A stretch of DNA of 63,230 bases, filler included, from a bacterium (GTDB lineage: Bacteria > UBP18 > UBA7526): the NCBI GenBank assembly GCA_030615855.1. It is 6 parts of 6 records of this genome, joined end to end, with 100 filler letters (N's around TTAATTAATTAA, not from the genome) between each part and the next. Parts side by side here need not be neighbours in the genome. Positions count along the whole stretch, not along the records: positions 1 to 14,399 come from JAUWYL010000026.1; 5 more parts are not named here. The stretch is one strand, 5' to 3'. How positions within the stretch are numbered: the stretch's first letter is position 1; the number at the start of each line of letters is the position of its first letter. Under the pieces are notes generated by a model. That model was given only the letters and a program-made list of their open reading frames with translations, had not been told where the DNA came from and did no database searches. This document shows, in pieces, positions 1 to 12,390 of the stretch. The position numbers were made by a program, and so were the translations under genes.

Positions 1-1224
1 AGAGATCACTGGCTCGGGAAAGTGCATGGTCTCTAACAAAATGGGCGCATCTCTATCGCATAATGTATCCCCGGTCTTGGTCTCCTTCAATCCTACGCAG
101 GCAGCGATATCACCAGCATAGACCTCCTCCCTATCCCGACGTTTATTGGCGTGCATCTGCAGGATCCTTCCCATCCTTTCCCTCTTATCCCGGGAGGCAT
201 TATAGATATAGGAACCAGCCTTCACACTCCCGGAATATACCCGGAAAAAGGTGAGATTCCCCACATAGGGATCGCTGGCGATCTTGAAGGCCAGGGCGGC
301 GAAAGACTCGGAGTCAGAGGCTTTCCTCTTCTCCTTACTTCTACCTATGGGATTAATACCCTCCACTGCCCGGATATCGATGGGTGAAGGAAGGTAGTCC
401 ACTATGGCATCCAAGAGGGGCTGGATCCCCTTATTCTTGATGGCGGCACCACATAGCACGGGGATGAGAGTAGCAGATAGGGTCCCTTTTCTAATCCCTC
501 TCTTCAGCAGATCCTCCTCTATCTCTTCTCCTTTTAGGTATTTCTCCATCAACTCCTCATCTGCCTCGCTTACTCCCTCAATCAGTCTCTCCCTATATTC
601 TTTTGCTTCTTCCCTAAGTTCAAGTGGGATCTTTCCTATCCTGGGCTTTATCCCTAGGTCCTCTTTTTCCCAGATAATGGCCCTCATCCTGACCAGATCG
701 ATCACTCCCTTAAAGTTCTCCTCTTCTCCTATAGGGATCTGGATGGGAAAAGCATTAGCATTGAGTTTCTCTCTCATCTCCTCTACCGCTTTTAGGAAGC
801 GAGCGCCCGTGCGATCCATCTTATTTATGAATGCCAGGCAGGGAATGCCATATCTCCTCGCCTGATGCCAGACGGTCTCTGATTGGGGTTCCACTCCCCC
901 CACGGCACAGAAGATGGCCATGGCCCCATCCAGGACTCTTAGGGATCTCTCAACTTCAACCGTGAAGTCCACGTGGCCCGGGGTATCAATGATGTTAATC
1001 CTATGGTCTTGCCAGTAGCAGGTAGTAGCCGCAGAGGTAATGGTTATTCCCCTCTCCTTCTCCTGAGCCATCCAGTCCATGATGGCTGTCCCCTCATCCA
1101 CCTCACCCAATCTGTGGCTTATCCCGGTATAGTAAAGGATGTGTTCTGTGGTGGTCGTCTTTCCGGCATCGATATGGGCCATGATCCCGATATTTCTTAT
1201 TCTTTCTAAAGGTATCTCTCTCAT
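1..1224 (-). CDS. fusA: Elongation factor G (5' part, runs off window)
   Basis: Manual translation from ATG 1224: [30 protein letters not shown]...[19 protein letters not shown]...[15 protein letters not shown]; follows rpsG. Confidence 0.97.
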   Translation of the reverse strand, partial: MREIPLERIRNIGIMAHIDAGKTTTTEHILYYTGISHRLGEVDEGTAIMDWMAQEKERGITITSAATTCYWQDHRINIIDTPGHVDFTVEVERSLRVLDGAMAIFCAVGGVEPQSETVWHQARRYGIPCLAFINKMDRTGARFLKAVEEMREKLNANAFPIQIPIGEEENFKGVIDLVRMRAIIWEKEDLGIKPRIGKIPLELREEAKEYRERLIEGVSEADEELMEKYLKGEEIEEDLLKRGIRKGTLSATLIPVLCGAAIKNKGIQPLLDAIVDYLPSPIDIRAVEGINPIGRSKEKRKASDSESFAALAFKIASDPYVGNLTFFRVYSGSVKAGSYIYNASRDKRERMGRILQMHANKRRDREEVYAGDIAACVGLKETKTGDTLCDRDAPILLETMHFPEPVIS

Positions 1225-1381
1225 TCTTCTCACTTTGCTCGTCGAAGTGATCGGTGAGCGGTGATCGGTAGTAGTTGGTTTACGGTGTACGGTTTACGGT
1301 TTACGGTGAAAAACGGTAAACGGTCCCGAATGAAGTGAGGGACGGGTAGACCGTTAACCTTATGTAATACGGTTCACTATC

Positions 1382-1852
1382 TTACCAGCGATAGTGGGCG
1401 AAGGCCTTATTGGCCTCTGCCATCCTGTGGGTATCCTCTTTTTTCTTTACTGCTGACCCAGTCTTCTTTGAGGCATCGAAAAGCTCCCCGGCCAATCTCT
1501 CAGCCATGGTATGCTCTCTTCTCTTCCTGGCAAAGTTTATTATCCAGCGCCGGGCCAAGGTCTCTCCCCTATCTGGTCTGACATCTACTGGGACCTGGTA
1601 GGTGGCTCCTCCCACCCTACGAGGCTTTACCTCCAAAAGGGGTCTTACATTCTCAATGGCCCTTTTAAAGAGGCTCAAGGGGTCTTGACCGCTCTTCTTT
1701 CCCACAATCTCCAAAGCCTCATAGAGTATGGATCTGGCCAGGGATTTCTTCCCCTTCAGCATGAGGCAGTTAACAAACTTCGCCACTAAGAGGTTATTAT
1801 ACTTGGGATCGGGCAGTATCTCCCTCTTAAAGACTCTCTTTCTTCTGGGCAT
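1382..1852 (-). CDS. rpsG: 30S ribosomal protein S7
   Basis: [15 protein letters not shown]...[11 protein letters not shown]...[15 protein letters not shown]; start moved to ATG 1852. Confidence 0.98.
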   Translation of the reverse strand: MPRRKRVFKREILPDPKYNNLLVAKFVNCLMLKGKKSLARSILYEALEIVGKKSGQDPLSLFKRAIENVRPLLEVKPRRVGGATYQVPVDVRPDRGETLARRWIINFARKRREHTMAERLAGELFDASKKTGSAVKKKEDTHRMAEANKAFAHYRW

Positions 1853-1948
1853 CTCACTCACTCCGTTCGTACGCAGATTACCGCAGATTATCAGCGGTAA
1901 TCAGCGTCCAATACGCCCACGCAGTAGGTAATACAAAGAAATCTGCGT

Positions 1949-2320
1949 TTATTTGGGTCTTTTCGCTCCATATTTGGAGCGACTCTTTCTCCTGTCCTCC
2001 ACTCCCATAGTATCCAGGGTTCCCCTTATGATGTGATACCTCACCCCAGGTAAATCCTTCACCCTTCCTCCCCTGATGAGGACGATGGAGTGTTCCTGTA
2101 AGTTATGGCCTATTCCGGGGATGTAGGCGGTGACCTCCATACCATTGGAGAGGCGAACCCTGGCCACTTTCCTTAGGGCACTGTTGGGTTTCTTAGGAGT
2201 AGAGGTATAGACCTTGGTACATACCCCTCTACGCTGAGGAGAGCCACCCAGGGCAGGAGTGGTGACCTTCCTCACCTGCCTCTTCCTTCCCATCCTTAAT
2301 AGTTGACCTATGGTAGGCAT
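1949..2320 (-). CDS. rpsL: 30S ribosomal protein S12
   Basis: MPTIGQL...[17 protein letters not shown]...[10 protein letters not shown]; start moved to ATG 2320. Confidence 0.98.
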   Translation of the reverse strand: MPTIGQLLRMGRKRQVRKVTTPALGGSPQRRGVCTKVYTSTPKKPNSALRKVARVRLSNGMEVTAYIPGIGHNLQEHSIVLIRGGRVKDLPGVRYHIIRGTLDTMGVEDRRKSRSKYGAKRPK

Positions 2321-2341
2321 TTCATACCTCGCTACGCTCGG

Positions 2342-2602
2342 AGTAACCAGTAACCAGTTTACAGTTTTGAAAACTACAAATTCCAATACACAAATTACAA
2401 ATCACAAACAATAACCAATGACCGAAATTACAATGACCAAAGCAACACGCTTTTGTTTGGAATTTGGGAAATTGGGATTTGGGATTTGTTTGTATTGATT
2501 CGCCTTTGGCGAAGAAATCTTCGGCGTAGCCGAATATTTGGGTGCTTGTAATTTGGAATTTATTTATTCTGGTTACTGTTCGCTGGTTACTGTAAACCTC
2601 TA
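2342..2602. repeat. Periodic inverted-repeat element with a second element nested in its loop
   Basis: Arms 2342-2367 and 2569-2602 are identical to 44853-44878 and 44889-44922; loop is 201 nt here and 10 nt there. Confidence 0.9.
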
Positions 2603-2604
2603 TT

Positions 2605-5600
2605 CTACTGTTCACTTTTTACCAGTTCTAACTCTTGGTAAACAGAGAGACCGGTTCCGGCTGGTATGAGGTGGCCCATAATCACGTTCTCCTTCAGGCC
2701 CCTTAGCTCATCCCGCTTCCCACTTGCTCCGGCCTCAGTCAAGACCCTGGTCGTCTCCTGGAAACTGGCCGCGGAGACGAAGGACTCTGTTGTCAGAGAG
2801 GCCTTGGTTATTCCCAAGAGTATGGGTTGGGCAGTGGCTGGTTTCTTCTTCTTCTTTTTTAATACCTTCTCGTTCTCCTCCCGGAATGCGGTCCGATCTA
2901 CCGCCTCACCTGCCAAGAAGCGGGTATCACCAGGATCTACGATCCTCACTTTTTTGAGCATCTGGCGGACGATGATCTCCACGTGCTTATCATTTATCTC
3001 CACACCCTGAAGTCGATAGACCTCCTGAATCTCGTTCACCAGGTAGTTCTGGAGCTCCTTATCTCCTTTGACTCTCAATATATCATGGGGGATGACGGGA
3101 CCGGACATCAGTCTATCTCCAGCTGTCACTCGATCCCCTTCATAGATCCTGAGATGCTTCCCCTGGGGAATGAAGTACTCCCGACTCTCTGTCTCTCCCT
3201 CAACGATGATCCTTCTCATCCCCCTAATTGACCCTCCGAATTTGACTACCCCATCGATCTCTGTGATGATTGCCGGCTCCTTCGGCTTCCGAGCCTCGAA
3301 GAGCTCGGCCACCCGAGGAAGCCCACCAGTGATATCCTTGGTCTTCATTATCTCTCTGGGGAACTTAGCCAAAACCTCTCCGGGAGCGACCCAATCGCCA
3401 GGGCTCACCGCAATGTGGGCCCCGGTCAGTACAGTATATCTATCAACGACCTTGCCCATCCTATCCTTAATGATGATCTCTGGATGGAGCTGGGTATGGC
3501 GATGATCGATGATCACCCTTCCTATATGTCCCGTAGACCTATCGCGCTCCTGCCTCATGGTCACTCCCTTGATGACGTCTGAGAAGCTCACCTCGCCCTC
3601 CACCTCTGCTAATAGGGGGCGGGTATAGGGATCCCACTCCACCAGGAGTTGACCTTTCTTCACCCTCTTCCCCTCTTTCTCTTTCAATAGGGCACCATAA
3701 AAGACCCTCTGGGTCTGAATCTCTTCCCCCTCCTCATCCAAAAGGCTTATTCTTCCATTGCGGTTTAAGACCACAGTCTCTTTATTCTTATTCACTACGT
3801 TCCTCAGGTTGTAGTACTTTACTCTTCCCTCTTCCTTGGCCAGGATCTTCGATTGGGCGATTACTCTGGATGCCGTTCCTCCGATGTGGAAGGTCCTCAT
3901 GGTAAGCTGGGTTCCTGGTTCACCAATGGATTGGGCAGCGATGACCCCCACCGCCTCTCCCAAGTCAACCAACCTTCCCGTGGATAGGTTCCTTCCATAG
4001 CACTTCTGGCAGACCCCATACCTCGCCTCACAGGTTAGGACACTTCTCACCTTGACCTCATCTATGCCTGCCTCCTCAATGATTTTTGCCTTCTCCTCCG
4101 TGATCTCCTCACTCCTTCTGCAGATAGAATCGCCCAGTCTGGGGATGGTGATATCCTCCTGGGCTACCCTCCCAATGATCCTATCCGATAGCGTGACTAT
4201 GATCTCCTCTCCCTCCAGTATGGGACCTAAGGTAATCCCGTTGAGCGTTCCACAATCCTCTTCGTTGACAATCACCTCCTGGGCAACATCCACCAATCTC
4301 CTGGTGAGATACCCAGAGTCCGCGGTCTTCAGGGCGGTATCGGCCAATCCCTTCCGCGCTCCATGGGCGGATATGAAGTACTCTAAGACGGTCAGTCCCT
4401 CCCGGAAGTTGGCCGTGATGGGGGATTCTATGATTTCACCACTTGGTTTGGCCATCAGTCCCCTCATGCCCGCCAGCTGCCTCACCTGCTCCTTGGATCC
4501 CCGGGCTCCAGAGTCAGCCATCATCAGGATGGGGTTGAACTTCGTCCTTCCCTTGGGTGGAACCCTCAATCCCTCAATCATCCAGTCCGCCACCTTGTCT
4601 GTGGTATGGGTCCAGATGTCGATGGCCTTGTTATATCTCTCACCATCGGTGATGATCCCATCCTTATACTCTCCCTCCACCTTCCATACCGCCCTCTTGG
4701 CCCTTTCCAAAAGCTCTTTCTTTTCCTTGGGCACCTTCATATCATCCAGACCAATAGAGATCCCGGCCTGGGTGGTAAATTGGAAGCCCAATTCCTTTAG
4801 GTTATCCAAGAGGAGGATAGTTCTATAGCGTCCTAATCTTTGGAAGCAGGAAAGGATGAGGTTGACGAGGTCCTTCTTTACTATTTCCTTATTTATAAAT
4901 CGGAGCTCCTCTGGTAGAATCTGGTTGAAAATTACCCTTCCGCAGGTGGTAGCTACAATCTCCTCACCGATCTTTACCTTTATTTTGGCATGAAGGAAGA
5001 GTGCTCCATGTTCATGGGCGATGAGGACTTCCTCGCAACTTGAAAATCTCTTACCCTCTCCCTTCTCTCCAGAAAGCTCCTTTGTAAGATAGCATAGGCC
5101 CAGAACCATATCCTGAGTGGGGGTAACTAAAGGCTTTCCATGGGCCGTGGACAGAATATTATTTGGAGCGAGCATCAAGAGCCGGGCCTCGAGCTGGGCC
5201 TCACTAGATAATGGGACATGGACCGCCATCTGGTCCCCATCGAAGTCAGCATTAAAGGCTACACAGACCAGGGGATGAATTCTGATGGCGTCTCCTTCCA
5301 CAAGCAGCGGTTCGAAGGCCTGAATCCCTTGGCGGTGCAGAGTGGGGGCACGATTGAGGAGTATGGGATGCTCTGAGATTATCTCCTCCAATATGTCCCA
5401 GACCTCACTGGTCTCCTGGGCCAGGAGCTTCTTGGCTCCCTTAATGGAGGTGACATAACTCTTCTCCTTTAATCTTTTGATGATGAAGGGCTCGAAGAGC
5501 TCCAGAGCCATCTTCTTGGGCAATCCGCACTGGTGGAGCTTGAGCTCTGGTCCGATGACGATGACCGAGCGCCCCGAATAGTCGACCCTCTTACCCAATA

Positions 5601-8600
5601 GGTTCTGCCTGAACCTCCCCTGCTTCCCCCTAAGCATATCGGATAGAGACTTTAAGGGTCTTCCCCCAGCACCCTTAACCACCCTTCCCCTCCTTCCATT
5701 ATCAAATAAAGCATCCATTGCTTCCTGGAGCATCCTCTTCTCATTCCTCACGATGACCTCTGGGGCGCGAAGCTCCATGAGCTTCTTTAACCTATTATTC
5801 CTATTAATTACCCGGCGATAGAGGTCGTTCAGGTCGCTTGTGGCGAACCTTCCCCCGTCCAAAGGAACTAAGGGTCTTAGGTCAGGCGGGATGACGGGAA
5901 GGACTTCTAGGATCATCCACTCCGGCCTATTCCCAGAGGCCAGGAAGGACTCCACGATCTTCAATCTCTTACTTAGCTTCATCCTCTTCTGGGCAGAGGT
6001 AGTCCTTCTCATGTTATTCTTGATCTCCTTGGCAAGAGCAGCCAAATCCACCTCCTCCAATAGTTTCCTGATGGCCTCTCCCCCTATCCCGGCCTTAAAG
6101 GAGGTACCATACCTCTCTCTATAATCCTGGTACTCTTCCTCAGTCAAGAGCCTCTTCTTGGCCAGCTTGGTCATGCCGGGATCGGTGATGATGTACTCCT
6201 CAAAGTAGAGGACTTTCTCTAACTGTCTCTGGGATAACCCGAGAAGAGCTCCCATTCTACTGGGTATCCCCTTGAAGTACCAGATGTGGGAAAGAGGAGT
6301 AGCCAACTCGATGTGGCCCATCCTAACCCGGCGCACAGAAGACTTGGTAACCTCTACCCCGCAGCGATCACATACTATCCCCTCATGCTTCATCCTTTTA
6401 TACTTTCCACAGTAGCACTCATAGTCCTTGGTGGGACCGAAAATCCTTTCGCAGAATAGACCATCCCTCTCCGATCTGAAGGTACGATAATTTATGGTCT
6501 CTGGCTTCTTGACCTCTCCCTGGCTCCAGAATTGGATGACCTCTGGCGAGGCGATCTTTACTCTTATGGCTTCATACCCACCTGCCCGTCCCTGTCCGTC
6601 CGACAGGCGGGCGGCAGACGGAGGCGAGGTAGGGGTTGCTGGCGTCCTCTTCTTCCTCTCAAGTTCGACATTCAAGGTCAGTCCCATCAACTCCTTGACC
6701 AGGACATTGAAGGACTCGGGAAGGGTAGGGGGAAGGGTGTCTTCTCCCTTGACAATGGCCTCGTATATCTTCGTTCTCCCAACGATGTCATCGCTCTTTA
6801 CGGTGAGCATCTCCTGCAGGGTATAAGCGGCCCCATAGGCCTCCAGGGCCCAGACCTCCATCTCCCCAAACCTCTGTCCTCCAAACTGGGCCTTCCCTCC
6901 CAGGGGTTGCTGGGTAACCAGGGAGTAAGGACCTATTGCCCGGGCATGGATCTTATCCGCCACTAGGTGGGCGAGCTTCATCATATAGATATAGCCCACC
7001 GTGACCTCTTGATCGAAGGGCTCACCCGTCCTCCCATCATATAATATGGTCTTCCCGTTCTCTGGAAGGCCGGCCTTCTTCAAGAGCTTTTTGATCTCCC
7101 CCTCTCTTGCTCCATCGAAGACTGGAGAGATGAACTTCAGCCCCAAGGCTTGAGCAGCCCAGCCCAGGTGGGTCTCCAGTATCTGGCCCACATTCATCCT
7201 TGAGGGAACCCCAAGGGGGTTTAAGAGTATCTCCACTGGGGTGCCATCTGCCAGATAGGGCATATCCTCCTCAGGCAGGATCTTGGCGATCACTCCTTTA
7301 TTCCCATGCCTTCCTGCGATCTTATCTCCCACAGAGAGTTTCCTCTTCTTGGCTACGAAGACCTTGACCATCTTCAAGATCCCTGAGGGGAGTTCATCTC
7401 CCTTCTTGGCCCTCTCCAGGTCCCGGTCTCTTCTTCTCTTGATGGCCTCTATCTTCTCCTTCAGGATCTCTTCTATCCTCTCAATCTCCTCTTTTCTCTT
7501 CAGTCTCTTAGTCTCTCTCTTGACCCTCTCAGAGAGTCTTTTTATCTCTCTCTCCGCCTCTCTCTTTATCCCCTCTAACTCCACAGATTGGGCCTCTCTC
7601 TCCTTCTTAGTCTTGGGCCTCTTCTTCTTAGAGAAGATCTTGACATCGACCACTATCCCCTCATCCCCAGGGGGGAAGCGAAGGGAGGCATCCCTTACTT
7701 CTGCTGCCTTCTCTCCAAATATGGCGCGCAGTAGCTTCTCCTCTGCAGAGAGCTCGGTCTCTCCTTTAGGGGTGACCTTACCGATCAAGATATCCCCTGG
7801 TTTGACAGCGGCCCCGATACGCACGATCCCCTCCTCATCCAGATTGACCAGGGCCTCCTCTGCTACGTTGGGGATGTCTTTAGTAATCTCCTCCTTCCCC
7901 AATTTAGTATCCCGGGCTAAGAGCTCATACTCCTCTATATGGATAGAGGTGAACTTATCATCCTTCACCACCCTTTCACTTATTAGGATAGCATCTTCAA
8001 AGTTATATCCCTCCCAGGGCATGAAGGCCACTAAGACATTTCTTCCCAAAGCGAGTTCCCCCTTGTCTACTGCCGGACCATCAGCAATGATCTCTCCCCT
8101 CTTCACTCTCTGGCCTCTCTTCACGATCGGCCTCTGATGGATGCAGGTATCCTGATTGGACCTGATGAACTTATCCAGGAGATAGGTATCATGGGTCTCG
8201 AGGCTGAAGGAAGGCTCCTCTATTCGGATGATGATCTTATCTGCGTCTACCTCTTCTACTACTCCCTCCCTTTTAGCCAAAACGACCGCCCCGGAGTCCT
8301 GGGCTACCTTCTCCTCTATCCCGGTTCTCACCAAAGGGGGCTCAGGAACCAGGAGGGGAACTGCCTGGCGCTGCATATTGGAACCCATAAGAGCCCGATT
8401 GGCATCATCGTGTTCCAGAAAAGGAACCAAGGCAGCCGAGACAGAGACCAACTGTTTAGGCGAGATGTCCATGTAATCGATCTCGCTTGGGGTAACCTTA
8501 GGGAAGTCACCCCTCCTCCTTGCCGAGACTCTTTCCTCCAAGAAACATCTCTTACTGTCGAGTCGGGCATTGGCCTGAGCGATAGTGTACTCGTCCTCCT

Positions 8601-10440
8601 TATCTGCAGAGAGGTACTCGATCCTCTCAGTCACCCTTCCCTTCTCTACCTTGCGATAGGGAGATTCAATGAGGCCGAACTCATTCACCTTGGCATAGGT
8701 GGAGAGGGAGTTGATGAGGCCGATGTTCGGGCCTTCTGGAGTCTCTACAGGACACATCCTGCCATAGTGAGTATGGTGGACATCCCGCACCTCAAAGCCT
8801 GCTCTCTCCCGAGATAATCCTCCCGGGCCTAAGGCAGAGAGTCTTCTCTTATGGGTGAGCTCTGCTAAGGGATTCGTCTGGTCCATGAACTGGGAAAGCT
8901 GACTCCTGCCAAAGAAATCCCTTATTAAAGCTACCAGGGGATTGGCGTTTATCAGGTTGTGGGGCATGGCGCTCTTTAGATCCATAAAGGACATCCTTTC
9001 CCTTATCCCCCGCTCTACCCGGAGGAGCCCAATCCTCACCTGGTTGCTCAAGAGCTCTCCCACGCTCCTGGCCCTCCTATTCCCCAGGTGATCGATATCA
9101 TCGATGGTTCCCTTTCCATACCTTAAATCAACCAGATATCTGACAGCCCCGATAATATCCTCTCTGGTCAGGGCTCTCTCGCTCATGGGAACATTCAGGC
9201 CCAGCTTCTTATTGAGTTTATACCTTCCCACCTTGGCTAGGTCATATCTTCTCTTATCGAAGAAGAGCCTCTCCAAAAGCCTCTTAGCCCCTTCTGCTGA
9301 GGGTGGTTCACCAGGACGAAGCCTTCTATAGACCTCTATCAAGGCCTCCCTCTGGGTAGTGGTGGAATCCTTCTCCAGGGTATTCCTGATGGCCAGGTTG
9401 GCCCTTACCTCATCAATGACCACGGTCCGCACCTTCTTTATCCCTGCTTTTGCCATTTTACTCAGGGAAGTAGGGGTGACCTCCTGGTTAGCTTCTAAGA
9501 TGACCTCTTTCGTCTTTTCATCTATCGCTTCTCTTGCCAAAATCTGGCCCAGGGCCTTGGGCAACTTGGCTAGGGGGGAAATGACCTCTATCTCCTTTAT
9601 CCCGGCCCCCTGGATCTTCTCCAAGAGAGGTGGGGTAACTTTCTCTCCAGCCGAGAGGATCTTCTCACCCGTCTGCCTATCCCTAACGGTTCTTATGGCC
9701 ACCTTTCCTAAGGCTCGAGAGAACCTGGGCCCTTTGACCTTCAGGATCTTGGGGGGTTCTTCTACCTTGATCTCTCTCGTGGGATAGAAGAAGGATAGTA
9801 TTTCTTCATTCCTCTGGTAGCCCAGGGCGCGCAAGAAGGCAGTGACTAAGAGCTTTCTCTTGCGATCTATCCGGGCATAGACCAGGTCATTGACATCGAG
9901 TTCAAACTCCAGCCAACCTCCTCTGTAGGGAATGATGCGGCAGGAATAGAGGTGTTTGCCATTGGGATGAACAGAAAAAGTATAGGCCACCCCTGGGGAA
10001 CGATGGAGTTGGCTCACTACCGCCCGCTGGGCGCCATTGATGATGAACGTCCCCTGAGGGGTCATGCGGGGTATCTCCCCAAGATAGACCTCCTCCTCCT
10101 TGATCTCCTTTATCTGCTTCTTCCCCGCCTTATCTTCTTCTCTTATCACTAGCCTCAGGATTACCTTAAGGGGCAGGGTATAGGTCAGGCCTCTATCTCG
10201 ACATTCCCTTATATTATACTTCAGCTCCCCCAACCTATAGCCTACAAATTCTAAAAAGCTAAGGCCCTGGGTATCATAAATGGGAAAGATTTCTCTAAAG
10301 ACGGCCTCCAGACCCTGAGGCTTGCGAGAAAGAGGACCCTTGCCTGGCTGCAAGAAATCCTCATAGGATTTCTTCTGGATCTCGATGAGGTTCGGTATTT
10401 CCAAGACCTCTGGGATCTTGGCAAAGCTTACCTTCTTCAT
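2605..10440 (-). CDS. rpoBC: Fused RNA polymerase beta-beta' subunit
   Basis: One 2611-aa ORF with RpoB motifs ([31 protein letters not shown]) then RpoC motifs ([28 protein letters not shown]); no stop or Met at the junction. Confidence 0.95.
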   Translation of the reverse strand: MKKVSFAKIPEVLEIPNLIEIQKKSYEDFLQPGKGPLSRKPQGLEAVFREIFPIYDTQGLSFLEFVGYRLGELKYNIRECRDRGLTYTLPLKVILRLVIREEDKAGKKQIKEIKEEEVYLGEIPRMTPQGTFIINGAQRAVVSQLHRSPGVAYTFSVHPNGKHLYSCRIIPYRGGWLEFELDVNDLVYARIDRKRKLLVTAFLRALGYQRNEEILSFFYPTREIKVEEPPKILKVKGPRFSRALGKVAIRTVRDRQTGEKILSAGEKVTPPLLEKIQGAGIKEIEVISPLAKLPKALGQILAREAIDEKTKEVILEANQEVTPTSLSKMAKAGIKKVRTVVIDEVRANLAIRNTLEKDSTTTQREALIEVYRRLRPGEPPSAEGAKRLLERLFFDKRRYDLAKVGRYKLNKKLGLNVPMSERALTREDIIGAVRYLVDLRYGKGTIDDIDHLGNRRARSVGELLSNQVRIGLLRVERGIRERMSFMDLKSAMPHNLINANPLVALIRDFFGRSQLSQFMDQTNPLAELTHKRRLSALGPGGLSRERAGFEVRDVHHTHYGRMCPVETPEGPNIGLINSLSTYAKVNEFGLIESPYRKVEKGRVTERIEYLSADKEDEYTIAQANARLDSKRCFLEERVSARRRGDFPKVTPSEIDYMDISPKQLVSVSAALVPFLEHDDANRALMGSNMQRQAVPLLVPEPPLVRTGIEEKVAQDSGAVVLAKREGVVEEVDADKIIIRIEEPSFSLETHDTYLLDKFIRSNQDTCIHQRPIVKRGQRVKRGEIIADGPAVDKGELALGRNVLVAFMPWEGYNFEDAILISERVVKDDKFTSIHIEEYELLARDTKLGKEEITKDIPNVAEEALVNLDEEGIVRIGAAVKPGDILIGKVTPKGETELSAEEKLLRAIFGEKAAEVRDASLRFPPGDEGIVVDVKIFSKKKRPKTKKEREAQSVELEGIKREAEREIKRLSERVKRETKRLKRKEEIERIEEILKEKIEAIKRRRDRDLERAKKGDELPSGILKMVKVFVAKKRKLSVGDKIAGRHGNKGVIAKILPEEDMPYLADGTPVEILLNPLGVPSRMNVGQILETHLGWAAQALGLKFISPVFDGAREGEIKKLLKKAGLPENGKTILYDGRTGEPFDQEVTVGYIYMMKLAHLVADKIHARAIGPYSLVTQQPLGGKAQFGGQRFGEMEVWALEAYGAAYTLQEMLTVKSDDIVGRTKIYEAIVKGEDTLPPTLPESFNVLVKELMGLTLNVELERKKRTPATPTSPPSAARLSDGQGRAGGYEAIRVKIASPEVIQFWSQGEVKKPETINYRTFRSERDGLFCERIFGPTKDYECYCGKYKRMKHEGIVCDRCGVEVTKSSVRRVRMGHIELATPLSHIWYFKGIPSRMGALLGLSQRQLEKVLYFEEYIITDPGMTKLAKKRLLTEEEYQDYRERYGTSFKAGIGGEAIRKLLEEVDLAALAKEIKNNMRRTTSAQKRMKLSKRLKIVESFLASGNRPEWMILEVLPVIPPDLRPLVPLDGGRFATSDLNDLYRRVINRNNRLKKLMELRAPEVIVRNEKRMLQEAMDALFDNGRRGRVVKGAGGRPLKSLSDMLRGKQGRFRQNLLGKRVDYSGRSVIVIGPELKLHQCGLPKKMALELFEPFIIKRLKEKSYVTSIKGAKKLLAQETSEVWDILEEIISEHPILLNRAPTLHRQGIQAFEPLLVEGDAIRIHPLVCVAFNADFDGDQMAVHVPLSSEAQLEARLLMLAPNNILSTAHGKPLVTPTQDMVLGLCYLTKELSGEKGEGKRFSSCEEVLIAHEHGALFLHAKIKVKIGEEIVATTCGRVIFNQILPEELRFINKEIVKKDLVNLILSCFQRLGRYRTILLLDNLKELGFQFTTQAGISIGLDDMKVPKEKKELLERAKRAVWKVEGEYKDGIITDGERYNKAIDIWTHTTDKVADWMIEGLRVPPKGRTKFNPILMMADSGARGSKEQVRQLAGMRGLMAKPSGEIIESPITANFREGLTVLEYFISAHGARKGLADTALKTADSGYLTRRLVDVAQEVIVNEEDCGTLNGITLGPILEGEEIIVTLSDRIIGRVAQEDITIPRLGDSICRRSEEITEEKAKIIEEAGIDEVKVRSVLTCEARYGVCQKCYGRNLSTGRLVDLGEAVGVIAAQSIGEPGTQLTMRTFHIGGTASRVIAQSKILAKEEGRVKYYNLRNVVNKNKETVVLNRNGRISLLDEEGEEIQTQRVFYGALLKEKEGKRVKKGQLLVEWDPYTRPLLAEVEGEVSFSDVIKGVTMRQERDRSTGHIGRVIIDHRHTQLHPEIIIKDRMGKVVDRYTVLTGAHIAVSPGDWVAPGEVLAKFPREIMKTKDITGGLPRVAELFEARKPKEPAIITEIDGVVKFGGSIRGMRRIIVEGETESREYFIPQGKHLRIYEGDRVTAGDRLMSGPVIPHDILRVKGDKELQNYLVNEIQEVYRLQGVEINDKHVEIIVRQMLKKVRIVDPGDTRFLAGEAVDRTAFREENEKVLKKKKKKPATAQPILLGITKASLTTESFVSAASFQETTRVLTEAGASGKRDELRGLKENVIMGHLIPAGTGLSVYQELELVKSEQ
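6581..6622. repeat. In-frame 42-nt nested palindromic insert at the rpoB/rpoC junction
   Basis: cctgcccgtc[cctgtccgtccgacaggcggg]cggcagacgga, i.e. one 21-mer inside another. Confidence 0.75.
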
Positions 10441-10599
10441 TATAGAATAACCCCCTACCCCGATTTTATCGGGGAAAACTCTGAAATTTTAAACAAGTGA
10501 TCAAATTTCTAATTACTAATCTCCAACAAAATGTCCAATTCTTAAATGTCAAATGTCCAATCCAGATCATTGGAAATTGGAAATTCTCTTTTACAGAAA

Positions 10600-11130
10600 T
10601 TATTTAAGTTCTACCTTGGCTCCCACCTCTTCCAGTTTCTTCTTTACTTCTTCTGCTTCCTCCTTTGGGATCCCGGTCTTCACCGGCTTGGGAGCTCCGT
10701 CTACCAGGGCCTTAGCCTCCTTCAGGCCGAGGTCGGTCAGACTCCTCACCACCTTAATGACCTGTATCTTCTGAGGGCCTATCTCCTTCAAGATGACATC
10801 GAAGGTGGTCTTCTCCTCTGCCGGAGGTGCCCCGGGGGCTGCTCCGGGAACCGCCATGGCCACCGGCACTACAGCACTAACTCCAAACTTCTCCTCCAAT
10901 ACCTTGACAAGATCGGCAAGTTCTAAAACACTCAAGGATTCGATGCCTTTTATAATCTCTTCTGCTTTTTTGGAAAGCTCCACCGCGACCTCAGGTTTAG
11001 GCTCTTTCTCTGCCTTCGGAGCTTCTGGCTTTGTCTCTTTCTCTACTATCTCTTTTGCTTCCTCCTTCTTCTCTTCTTTGGGAGCTTCTTTAATTTCTGG
11101 TTCCTTCTTCCCCTCTTTCTTTTCTACCAT
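10600..11130 (-). CDS. rplL: 50S ribosomal protein L7/L12 with long charged N-terminal extension
   Basis: [19 protein letters not shown]...[10 protein letters not shown]...[22 protein letters not shown] before ATG 11130. Confidence 0.95.
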   Translation of the reverse strand: MVEKKEGKKEPEIKEAPKEEKKEEAKEIVEKETKPEAPKAEKEPKPEVAVELSKKAEEIIKGIESLSVLELADLVKVLEEKFGVSAVVPVAMAVPGAAPGAPPAEEKTTFDVILKEIGPQKIQVIKVVRSLTDLGLKEAKALVDGAPKPVKTGIPKEEAEEVKKKLEEVGAKVELK

Positions 11131-11149
11131 AATCAACTACCTCCTTCTT

Positions 11150-11677
11150 TTATCGCTCAATCCCCTTAAGAATGAGAATTAAATTTCTTATATTTCCTTT
11201 GAGAACATTTATCAGGCCCGGTATGGGTGATTTTATTATAGAAGCGACCTGGGAGAGAAGTCCCTCATAGGAAGGGAGAAGAGCGAGCTCTCTAATCCTT
11301 TCCCTATCGATAAGCCTCCCCTCAACTATCCCCACCTTAATCTTCAGATTCTCATGTTCCTTGCTAAAATCGGTCAATATTCTCACTCCCGCCAGAGGGT
11401 CTTCATAACCAAAGGCAATAGCAGTGGGCCCCCTCAGATAAGGAAGGAGCCCTTCTTCATATCTTTCCCCTTTGACTGCCAGGCGGGCCAAGGTATTCTT
11501 AATCACCTCATACTCAATCCCTTCACTCCTTAACTTCTTTCGCAGATCGCTCATCTCTTCCACATCCAGACCACAATAATCAGAGAGAACGATGCTTGAA
11601 GCAGAATGCATCCTCTCCTTTATCTTCTCGACCTTCTTCTCCTTGGCTATTCTCTGTGGTTTCTTCTCTTCTGCCAT
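11150..11677 (-). CDS. rplJ: 50S ribosomal protein L10
   Basis: DYCGLDV..LRKKLR..VIKNTLA..GPTAIAF; lies between rplA and rplL. Confidence 0.95.
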   Translation of the reverse strand: MAEEKKPQRIAKEKKVEKIKERMHSASSIVLSDYCGLDVEEMSDLRKKLRSEGIEYEVIKNTLARLAVKGERYEEGLLPYLRGPTAIAFGYEDPLAGVRILTDFSKEHENLKIKVGIVEGRLIDRERIRELALLPSYEGLLSQVASIIKSPIPGLINVLKGNIRNLILILKGIER

Positions 11678-12390
11678 TAGAGGCCTTCCTTGGTTAGTCT
11701 TTTGATTAGATCCTGGGTATCTATTCTGATGCTCGGCCCCATGGTGGAAGATAAAGTGGCCTTCTTCAGGTACTGACCTTTGGCGGTGGCCGGTCGGGAC
11801 TTAACCACCGCCCTGAGAAGGGTGAGGAGATTCTCCGAAAGGTCTTCTTCCTTGAAAGACTTCTTACCGATGGAGAGATGCAAAATACTCTGGCTATCCA
11901 TCCTATACTCTATCCTGCCCGCCTTGGCCTCTTTCACCGCCTGAGCTATCTTTAGAGTGACGGTGCCCAATTTGGGATTGGGCATAAGACCTTTGGGTCC
12001 CAGAATCCTTCCCAGCCGAGCAATCTCCTTCATCATATCTGGAGTAGCGATGGCCACATCGAAATCAAGCCAGCCCTTATTGATTTTCTCTATCAATTCT
12101 GTGGTTCCCACGAAGTCCGCCCCTTCCCCCTTTGCTTCCTTCTCCTTCTCTCCCTTAGCAAAGACCAGGACCTTTATCTTCTTTCCTCGACCATAAGGAA
12201 GGACTACCGTCCCCCGAACCATCTGAGAGGAATCCTTGGGGTCCACCCCTAATCTGATATCAATATCGATCGATTCATCGAACTTAGCGGGGGCAACTTT
12301 CTTGATTAGGGTGAACGCTTCCTCTAGAGGATAAGTCTTCCCCTTCTCTATTTTTCCTAAGGTTTCTTTATATTTCTTCCCCCTCTTCAC
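11677..12390 (-). CDS. rplA: 50S ribosomal protein L1 (GTG start)
   Basis: KFDESIDIDIRLGVDP...VRGTVVLP...LGPKGLMPNPK...SSTMGP. Confidence 0.97.
   Translation of the reverse strand: MKRGKKYKETLGKIEKGKTYPLEEAFTLIKKVAPAKFDESIDIDIRLGVDPKDSSQMVRGTVVLPYGRGKKIKVLVFAKGEKEKEAKGEGADFVGTTELIEKINKGWLDFDVAIATPDMMKEIARLGRILGPKGLMPNPKLGTVTLKIAQAVKEAKAGRIEYRMDSQSILHLSIGKKSFKEEDLSENLLTLLRAVVKSRPATAKGQYLKKATLSSTMGPSIRIDTQDLIKRLTKEGL

Noticed and set aside
2322-2615. 97-aa minus-strand ORF and the long N-terminal extension of rpsL in the ORF track
   Set aside because: Both lie in the nested repeat element; the conserved S12 start is at 2320.
9380-9790. Extra sequence in RpoB as an intein or mobile insert
   Set aside because: Looks like two lineage-specific beta-beta' module repeats (D..TGE.I..AG..VT); no intein termini or palindromes.
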